Shown: positions 19,134 to 26,200 of the stretch, piece by piece
How the letters are laid out: each line of letters starts with the position of its first letter
Position numbering within the stretch: position 1 is the stretch's first letter
Assembly: GCA_045595785.1 (NCBI GenBank)
Contig: JAZOBE010000048.1
Span: 6,009 to 70,008 of the forward strand
Direction: 5' to 3'
Source of the DNA: Eubacteriales bacterium
GTDB taxonomy: Bacteria; Bacillota; Clostridia; Oscillospirales; CAG-382
Length of the DNA: 64,000 bases
Notes under the pieces: model-generated
Seen by the model: only the letters and a program-made list of their open reading frames with translations
Told to the model about the DNA's origin: nothing
The model's database searches: none
Translations under genes and position numbers: made by a program

Positions 19134-19676
19134 ATGACATATTGCCCACAGTGCGGATACGCCCTGCGTGAGGGAGTGCTGATATGCCCTTCCTGCGGTA
19201 TTAAGACCGTTGAGAGCTTTGGAAAGAAGCAGGAGCAGACGGTTCAATCACCTGCACAGACAGCGGTTTACCCCAAGATAACCGCAGACGCACCTATTTC
19301 CGACATATTGAAGCAGGCAGAGGAGGAAAAGCTTGTTCCCGAAGAAGAGTTTCCCATTCCCGAGCCCTTGGCGGAAAGAGAGGTTGCTCCCGTAAAGACA
19401 AGCTATGGCGATAACGTTCTGCCCACGGGGAAATATGCCCTGCTTTCCACTTGGGGATATCTTATAAACCAGATATTGTTCCTCGTTCCCGGTATCGGCT
19501 TTATTGCCGCCATAATTATGGCGTGCGCCGCAAAGAAGGTGGCCCGCCGCAGACACGCGCTCAGCGTGGTTATACTGTATATTATCGGTATACTGCTTGC
19601 AGGCGCAGGAATCGGCGCGGTAATGCTTTTGGGAATAGAGAATATACCCTTTCTTTCGCGGATATTAATTAAATAG
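19134..19676 (+). CDS. Zinc-ribbon membrane protein, function unknown
   Basis: CPQC..CPSC N-terminus, C-terminal TM segments, strong RBS AGGAGG. Confidence 0.6.
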   Translation: MTYCPQCGYALREGVLICPSCGIKTVESFGKKQEQTVQSPAQTAVYPKITADAPISDILKQAEEEKLVPEEEFPIPEPLAEREVAPVKTSYGDNVLPTGKYALLSTWGYLINQILFLVPGIGFIAAIIMACAAKKVARRRHALSVVILYIIGILLAGAGIGAVMLLGIENIPFLSRILIK

Positions 19677-19696
19677 CCCCAATAAAAAAGAGAAGA

Positions 19697-20398
19697 TCAA
19701 CCGATCTTCTCTTTATTTTTTTGTTTTTTTATGATTTCTGTTACAAGCAATATAACAGCATACGCGGCGGCGTATATAGGTGCCATTACCCAGATGGTAA
19801 GAGGTGTGCCCGAAAGCAACGGCTCGGCAATATGGAAAGCATCGCTCAAATCAAAGGCTTGCATTAAGAACGCTCCCAACGCCACGTACGCAGTAAAGCC
19901 GAAAAAGGTGCAGTACCACTTTTTATAGGTTATATCTATCTGTCCGAACATTAACAGCATTATTGCAAGAAGTGCGGAAAGGCTGTGGTGAAGCAAGCCC
20001 GAAATTGTGGGGAGATAGAATATAGTCGGTCCCTGCCCCACGAAGGTGGCGTATATTACAGTTGATATTCCGCCGAAAATGGCAAGAAGCCAGGTTGCGT
20101 GATAAACGGCATTATTCTTTTTGCCTGCCAGCGCAGACAAGGATAAAATAAAGCTGGTCATACCGCAAATACTGTCGGGAATAACGCAATACCATCTTAC
20201 CGTATCAAATCTGAACACCTGAGAAAGACGGTTTGCCATTATTGCCGCAAACAGCAAAAGCGCCATACATTTTATTACCGCCTGCTTTTGCTTTTCGGTT
20301 TTTGCGTATTTTTTTGAAAAAATAAGCGCCGCGCCGCCCAAAATGGCGGTAATAATAATATAGGTTATATGTTCAACGCCGAATAATTGCGGTTGCAT
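19697..20398 (-). CDS. YwaF/TIGR02206-like integral membrane protein
   Basis: Polytopic ORF. Start set at MQPQLFGVEH with RBS GAGGAAA. Paralog at 52097. Confidence 0.6.
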   Translation of the reverse strand: MQPQLFGVEHITYIIITAILGGAALIFSKKYAKTEKQKQAVIKCMALLLFAAIMANRLSQVFRFDTVRWYCVIPDSICGMTSFILSLSALAGKKNNAVYHATWLLAIFGGISTVIYATFVGQGPTIFYLPTISGLLHHSLSALLAIMLLMFGQIDITYKKWYCTFFGFTAYVALGAFLMQAFDLSDAFHIAEPLLSGTPLTIWVMAPIYAAAYAVILLVTEIIKKQKNKEKIG

Positions 20399-20411
20399 AA
20401 TTATTTTCCTC

Positions 20412-21335
20412 TTATTTTTCCGGAAGCACCAGTTCAACGGCTCCCTCAAGAATACGGAGCAGGGGGTCGTTCATTAAAATAATCTCTCCGTCCACGTTAA
20501 AGGGAATACGATTTGGGGAGATAAACTGAAGCTCCTTACATTTGCGGTATGTAACTACCTCTTTTACCTTTTCAAGATGCTCGCCCTTCTTATAAACACC
20601 TACCAGCTTAAGGAACTGACCTCTGCTTACGCGGTCGATACAAATAAAATCCATGTACCCATCGTTAATTTTAGCATAGGGTGCGGCTTTGTATGCGCCG
20701 CCGTAATAGTTTCCGTTGGCGGCAAGAGCAAACATACAGGACTTTTCTCCGCCGAAAACGTCCTTCCCGTCACAAATAATGGTGTATTTATAGGTTTCGT
20801 ATTTAAGGAAGCATTCAACGAGAGACATATTGTATGAGCCTTTTCCACCTAAGGTGCGGCGGTATTTGCCCATTCCGTCTGCCACCGCAGAATCAAAGCC
20901 TGCGCTTGCCACGTTTACGCTTATATATTCGGTGCCGCTGTGAGTATCGGTAACCAGAATAACGTCAAGGGGAACAGTTTTTCCCTTTGACGCACGGCGC
21001 AGATCACGGAAATCAGAGGGAGCGAGTGAGGGAAACGCCTTTATAAAATCGTTTCCGCTTCCTGTGGGGACTACCGCGACCGAGCAGTTTTTGTTGCCGG
21101 AGCGGACAATTCCCGTAACCACCTCGTTAAAGGTGCCGTCACCTCCGCAGGCGTAAATACGCACGTGCTCATTGGCGTTTTCAAGCTGCTCCTGCACCTC
21201 ACGGATAGCGTCCTTGGCGCAAACAGTAACGTAAACGGAGGCGTTTTCAAGACCTAATTTTTCAACCGCCTCGGTTATGACAGAGGAACGGTCCTTGCTT
21301 CCTGCCACCGGATTAAGAATAAAAAGATGCTTCAT
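20412..21335 (-). CDS. Diacylglycerol/lipid kinase family protein (YegS/DagK-like)
   Basis: NPVAG, GGDGT and VVPTGSGNDF motifs. Confidence 0.85.
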   Translation of the reverse strand: MKHLFILNPVAGSKDRSSVITEAVEKLGLENASVYVTVCAKDAIREVQEQLENANEHVRIYACGGDGTFNEVVTGIVRSGNKNCSVAVVPTGSGNDFIKAFPSLAPSDFRDLRRASKGKTVPLDVILVTDTHSGTEYISVNVASAGFDSAVADGMGKYRRTLGGKGSYNMSLVECFLKYETYKYTIICDGKDVFGGEKSCMFALAANGNYYGGAYKAAPYAKINDGYMDFICIDRVSRGQFLKLVGVYKKGEHLEKVKEVVTYRKCKELQFISPNRIPFNVDGEIILMNDPLLRILEGAVELVLPEK

Positions 21336-22448
21336 TTAATTGGTCTCTCCTTGGATATAGGGTGTGCGGAGCAAAGGGTCGCCGCTGCCGTACAGCACAC
21401 GCAGGACTCGCTCTGCACGAATGGCTTGCTCAAACTGACTGTTTCCGGAAAGGGAGGCAGGCTTTATTCCTATGGAAAAGCCGCTTTCCTTTGTCATTTG
21501 CTTTACGGCTTTTCTGCCCCTTTTACCTGCGGCAAGCAACAGAGTATATGACGGCATCTCTGCCGCCTTGTATTTGGTTATTCCGAAAAGTATGCTTATA
21601 AGAGCGCGGCGGACACGCGCATCGGTATCGTTGGCGCTTCTGCAAAGGGAAACTATATCCTGCCCGTCAGCACCCACACGGCACGCCTTTGTGATACGGC
21701 CCGCAAGAGATTCGTCTATACCGTAAAGCATAGCCTTGTCCCCCGTGTACAGCTTTGCCGCCACGGCGCAGTAATCCAGTATGGCGCCGTCAGGCACGGT
21801 TTTTTCAAAAAAAGGTGCGGCAGGCACAGGCAAACCATCTGCCGGCACGCCCTTGCTTCTTAACGACCCTGCGGACGAAAAAGCATCGTTTCTGTCAAAA
21901 ACACGGTATTTTAGTATATTTCTTACGGAAATTGCCTTTATATACTCCAGCGCAAGTATGTTGTTGGGACGGCAGACGGCATTCGCCCCCTCGTGCCCTA
22001 TATCCTGCGCCAAGACAGACTCAAAGGCTTTTGGGTATGAAAGGTTTTTGTTTTCCTTTATAAGTGCGGTTACACGCTGCTCAAAATCCGCTTCAAGCAC
22101 ACAGGCAGCCGCCTTTTCCACGTAATCTTTGTTTTCTGCACCGAAGAAAAGGGTTTCTATTCCCGTTTCCTCTGCAATATGAACTCCCCCGCGGGCGAAA
22201 TCTCTTGCGGAAAGAGAGGAGAAGGGGAAAGGAAGCTCCAGCACCCCGTCAAATCCGCATTCTACGGCGGCGGCGGCACGGAGATATTTATCTGCGCAGG
22301 CGTTCCCCCCACGCTGGACAAGGTTACCGCTCATTATACCGAAAACAGTATGGTGCTCCGCCTTAGCGGAATCGAGCAAAAACTTGTGCCCGAAGTGAAA
22401 AGGGTTAAATTCACATATAACAGCGGCTGTTCCTTTTAATCTTTCCAT
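21336..22448 (-). CDS. tmcAL: tRNA(Met) cytidine acetate ligase (UPF0348/YlbM family)
   Basis: EFNPFHFGH HIGH-like nucleotidyltransferase motif at the N-terminus; size fits the family. Confidence 0.75.
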   Translation of the reverse strand: MERLKGTAAVICEFNPFHFGHKFLLDSAKAEHHTVFGIMSGNLVQRGGNACADKYLRAAAAVECGFDGVLELPFPFSSLSARDFARGGVHIAEETGIETLFFGAENKDYVEKAAACVLEADFEQRVTALIKENKNLSYPKAFESVLAQDIGHEGANAVCRPNNILALEYIKAISVRNILKYRVFDRNDAFSSAGSLRSKGVPADGLPVPAAPFFEKTVPDGAILDYCAVAAKLYTGDKAMLYGIDESLAGRITKACRVGADGQDIVSLCRSANDTDARVRRALISILFGITKYKAAEMPSYTLLLAAGKRGRKAVKQMTKESGFSIGIKPASLSGNSQFEQAIRAERVLRVLYGSGDPLLRTPYIQGETN

Positions 22449-22457
22449 AAAAATCCC

Positions 22458-22486
22458 TTGCTTTTATTTTCTAACGGTAGTATAAT
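22458..22486 (+). promoter_or_regulatory. Candidate sigma-A promoter of ackA
   Basis: TTGCTT, 17 nt, TATAAT. Confidence 0.5.
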
Positions 22487-22526
22487 TAAAATAATGAAAA
22501 AAGTCAAGCAAGGAGATATTAATAAT

Positions 22527-23732
22527 ATGTATATTTTGGTTGTTAACGCAGGAAGCTCTTCTCTTAAGTATCAGCTTTTTGATATGGAGGGTGAGAAGCT
22601 GCTGGCAAAGGGTAATGCAGACCGTATCGGTATTGACGGCGTGCTGGAGCATCAGGTTATCGGCAAGGAAAAAACCGCTACTCCCACTCCCTTCCCCACC
22701 CATGCAGACGCTATAAAGAAGGTTCTGGAGGCTATCGTTGATAAGGATACCGGCTGTATTGAGAGTATTGATATGATCGGTGCTGTAGGTCACCGCGTAG
22801 TCCACGGTGGTCCTTGGCTCACCAAGCCCACTCTGGTTACCGAGCAGTCAAAGGCTGACCTGCGCAAGTGTCTTTCCATAGCTCCTCTCCACACCAAGGG
22901 TCACCTTGAGGGTATTCAGGGCTGTGAAGAGGTTATGCCCAATGTACCTCAGGTTCTGGTTATAGATACCGCGTTCCATTCCACCATGCCCGCAAAGGCA
23001 TATACTTATCCTATTGCATACGAGGTTGCTGAGAAGCACAATATCCGCCGTTACGGATTCCACGGCACCTCTCACAGATACGTTTCTGCTATTGCCAACG
23101 AATATCTCGGCAAAGAGGACAGCAAGATTGTTACCTGCCATATCGGTAACGGCTCCTCTATTTCCGCTGTAAGAAACGGCAAGTGCGTTGATACCAGTAT
23201 GGGCTTTACCCCTCTTGACGGTATTATTATGGGCTCCCGTTGCGGCGCTATCGACCCTGCTATCGTTCCCTATATTATGGAAGCAGAGGACATTCCCGCT
23301 TCCGAAATGGGCAACTGGATGAACAAAAAGTGCGGTCTGCTGGGCGTTTCCGGCGTATCCTCCGATATGCGTAACCTCCGCAAGGCGCAGGCTGAGGGTA
23401 ATGAGAGAGCAAACCTTGCTTCCGATATTCTCACTTACGAAATTAAGAAATTCATCGGCTCTTATGCGGCTGCTATGAACGGTCTGGACTGTCTGGTATT
23501 CACCGCAGGTATCGGTGAGAACGACGCAAGAGTAAGAAGCGAGGTTTGCGCTGATATGGAATTCCTCGGCATTAAGATAGACGAGGAAAAGAACCTTAAC
23601 TACCGTGACCTGCCTCTCCCCGGCGATATTTCCGCACCGGACAGCAAGGTTAAGGTTTGCGTTATCGCTACCAACGAAGAATTGGTTATTGCAAGAGACA
23701 CCGCAAATATAGTTGAAGGTCTTAACAAATAA
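22527..23732 (+). CDS. ackA: Acetate kinase
   Basis: ILVVNAGSSSLKYQLF N-terminus and GFHGTSH. Start at 22527 after AGGAG. Confidence 0.95.
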   Translation: MYILVVNAGSSSLKYQLFDMEGEKLLAKGNADRIGIDGVLEHQVIGKEKTATPTPFPTHADAIKKVLEAIVDKDTGCIESIDMIGAVGHRVVHGGPWLTKPTLVTEQSKADLRKCLSIAPLHTKGHLEGIQGCEEVMPNVPQVLVIDTAFHSTMPAKAYTYPIAYEVAEKHNIRRYGFHGTSHRYVSAIANEYLGKEDSKIVTCHIGNGSSISAVRNGKCVDTSMGFTPLDGIIMGSRCGAIDPAIVPYIMEAEDIPASEMGNWMNKKCGLLGVSGVSSDMRNLRKAQAEGNERANLASDILTYEIKKFIGSYAAAMNGLDCLVFTAGIGENDARVRSEVCADMEFLGIKIDEEKNLNYRDLPLPGDISAPDSKVKVCVIATNEELVIARDTANIVEGLNK

Positions 23733-24361
23733 TGCTTGCAACGCTGGTATTTGTTTTTGAGATAATCGGTACCGTGGCATTTGCCATTTCCGGTGCCATT
23801 ACCGGTCTTAAAAAGAAAATGGATGTTTTTGGCGTGGTCATTCTTGCACTGGTAACCGCAGTTGGCGGCGGTGCAATACGAGATATAGTGCTTGGCAACA
23901 CACCGCCCATGACCTTCCGCAGCCCCGTTTACGCGCTGGTTGCTATTGCAACGGGTATACTTGTGTTTATCCCCGCAATACGCAGGCTGCCCGGCAAAAA
24001 CCCAAAGCTGTTTGATATATTTTTGCTTGTTACGGACTCTGTGGGTCTGGGCATATTCACGGTAATGGGTATACGCACCGCCATTAACGCAGGACAAAAG
24101 GAAAACCTGTTTTTGCTTGTGTTCGTGGGAGTGGTTACAGGTGTAGGCGGCGGCTTGCTTCGTGATATGATGGCAGGCAACACGCCTTACATATTCGTTA
24201 AGCATATTTACGCTTCCGCTTCACTTGTGGGCGCGGTCATTTGTGTGGGAATGTGGAATTTGACGGGAGAAACCGCGGCAATGGTAGTTTCCGCCGCAGT
24301 TATAATAACCATCCGCTTCCTGGCGGCACATTTTAAGTGGAGTCTGCCAAAAGCAGAATAA
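23732..24361 (+). CDS. Trimeric intracellular cation channel (UPF0126/YadS) family membrane protein
   Basis: Two repeats of the G-GGG-RD motif (VGGGAIRD, VGGGLLRD). TAATG overlap with ackA. Confidence 0.8.
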   Translation: MLATLVFVFEIIGTVAFAISGAITGLKKKMDVFGVVILALVTAVGGGAIRDIVLGNTPPMTFRSPVYALVAIATGILVFIPAIRRLPGKNPKLFDIFLLVTDSVGLGIFTVMGIRTAINAGQKENLFLLVFVGVVTGVGGGLLRDMMAGNTPYIFVKHIYASASLVGAVICVGMWNLTGETAAMVVSAAVIITIRFLAAHFKWSLPKAE

Positions 24362-24365
24362 GATA

Positions 24366-24660
24366 ATACCCCAAGAAACCTGCGGTTTCTCGGGGACCCC
24401 GAAACTAAATACCCCACAAAAGGTTTTCAGATAAGTAGGGGCGATTCACGAATCGCCCGTTACAGACAATATATTTCAATTGAAAACGCTTTCGCGGGGA
24501 CCCCGAAAAAAACACACCCCTAAAATCCTTGCGGATTTTTGGGGACCCCGAAACAAAAAATACCCCCTAAAATGCTAACGCATTTTTGGGGGCCCCGAAA
24601 CAAAAAACACCCCACAAATCTTCGATTTGCGGGGACCCCAAAGCAAAACACCCCCAGAAA
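24366..24660 (-). repeat. Array of family-A palindromic units (about 5, one disrupted)
   Basis: Units of the form acacccc-[stem-loop-stem]-ggggaccccgaaa with different inner stems. The second unit is interrupted at 24431-24480 by another hairpin. Confidence 0.85.
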
Positions 24661-24670
24661 TAATAACATC

Positions 24671-24706
24671 AAAGCAAAAAGCACGGAATTATCCGTGCTT
24701 TTTTTG
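24671..24706. terminator. Bidirectional rho-independent terminator
   Basis: GCACGGA-atta-TCCGTGC flanked by an A-run and a T-run. Confidence 0.8.
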
Positions 24707-24728
24707 TGTCCTGCTTGAAATAAAAATC

Positions 24729-25274
24729 TTACTTAAAGTCCTTGGGTATTTTGCTCATCGGTTTTTCCAGCAACATCACAATAATTGCGCAGACGATGCC
24801 GTTGATAAGCACGTAAGGCGCGTTATAGACGATGGAATAAATAAAAGGAGACGCGGTGGTGATACCGTAAACGGTTTCGGATGCGGTGATGGCGTAAATG
24901 GTAATACCGCTTACAAAATGCACGAGAAACCGTACTCCCGTGGCAACAGCCGTGCCGGGAAGAGCTTTTTTGAAAAAGCCTGCGGTGCCGACAGCGGCAT
25001 AAGCCAAAACGTAATCGAACATAACCGAGGGGAATCCCCAGCCGATACCGCCCCAGACGATAGCTTTAAGCAGTCCGAAAACAGCGCCGGTAGCAATTCC
25101 CCACACGCCGCCGCGGCGGAGCGCAAGAATTACCAGAGGAACCATAAGTATATCCAGTCCTCCCCCCTGCATCCAGGCAAAATCCAGCTCCAGCGGACAA
25201 AGTGCCAGCCCGAGCGCTACGGTTATGCCGCATTCGCAGAGTATGAGTAATTTTTCTTTTGCTTTTTTGTTCAT
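24729..25274 (-). CDS. thiT: Energy-coupling-factor thiamine transporter S component
   Basis: 181-aa polytopic protein directly downstream of a TPP riboswitch. Confidence 0.75.
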   Translation of the reverse strand: MNKKAKEKLLILCECGITVALGLALCPLELDFAWMQGGGLDILMVPLVILALRRGGVWGIATGAVFGLLKAIVWGGIGWGFPSVMFDYVLAYAAVGTAGFFKKALPGTAVATGVRFLVHFVSGITIYAITASETVYGITTASPFIYSIVYNAPYVLINGIVCAIIVMLLEKPMSKIPKDFK

Positions 25275-25309
25275 TTCTTTTGTTAAAGACGCTTGCTTTA
25301 TGGTTTATA

Positions 25310-25485
25310 CCGGGAAAAACAAAAGATCCGACTTGCCTTTTTTATTAAGAACAAGTCGGATAAATCTTTATCATTTCTCGGCGCAAAGCGGAAAAGCCGC
25401 GCCTTTTCTCCCTTCAACAGTATTATCTGACAGGTTCAACGGGTATGATCTCAGCCGTGGGTTATTGTGCCCACAGCACCCCTTA
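25310..25485 (-). promoter_or_regulatory. TPP (THI-box) riboswitch with terminator expression platform
   Basis: Minus strand reads ggggtgc..CTGAGA..ACCC..TGAACCTG..GATAATAC..GAAGGGA, followed by hairpin CCGACTTG..CAAGTCGG plus a T-run (25310-25360). Confidence 0.85.
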
Positions 25486-25495
25486 ATGATGATAT

Positions 25496-26200
25496 TTAAT
25501 TGTAATTAATACGGAATTCCACGCCAACCTCTACCGTGTAATCGGATTTATCGGGCTTTACACCGGGAATATAAGGCGGTGTATCCTGATAAACGGCGGT
25601 AAAGCTGATGGAATATGAAACGGGTGTGCCGTCCTCGGAGACAATATACTCGCAGACAATATTCTTAAACTCGGATTCGTCCTTAACCACGCTGGCAACA
25701 CCGCAAATTTCGGGAAGCGCCGCGCCCAAAAGGTCGTATATAACTCCGCTGTTTGTATTGTCCTTGATATAATGGCGGTAAATGGTGCCTGCAAGGGAGG
25801 ATCCCGACTCGGTCTTGGTAACCGCTTTCTCATCAAAAACCAGAGGAAGTGCGTATATCATAGACGAGCGAAGGGTTATCCAATCGGTCTCGCTGTTGAC
25901 ACCGTCAGTATTAAGGACGCCGTCTTTCCAGGTAATTTTGCTTTTACCCAGATTATCGCCAAGGAAGGTCTCTTCTATCTCTGCGGTAAGAGTTTGGGGG
26001 GAATCCGACACGGATACGTCGCCGGAAGCAAGCAGGACACATTTTTTGCCCATCTCCACGCGAAGCGTAAAGCTGTAATCGTTGTACTCCGTATCGGCAA
26101 AGCCGTCTTTTACCGGTTGGATATGAGTTATATCTGCAGAATCGCAGGATGCAAGAAGCACAAGACAAAGGGTGAGGAGAATTAAAATATACTTTTTCAC
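25496..26200 (-). CDS. Lipoprotein, function unknown
   Basis: Signal peptide with lipobox LLASC. 4-nt overlap with the upstream gene. Confidence 0.7.
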   Translation of the reverse strand: MKKYILILLTLCLVLLASCDSADITHIQPVKDGFADTEYNDYSFTLRVEMGKKCVLLASGDVSVSDSPQTLTAEIEETFLGDNLGKSKITWKDGVLNTDGVNSETDWITLRSSMIYALPLVFDEKAVTKTESGSSLAGTIYRHYIKDNTNSGVIYDLLGAALPEICGVASVVKDESEFKNIVCEYIVSEDGTPVSYSISFTAVYQDTPPYIPGVKPDKSDYTVEVGVEFRINYN

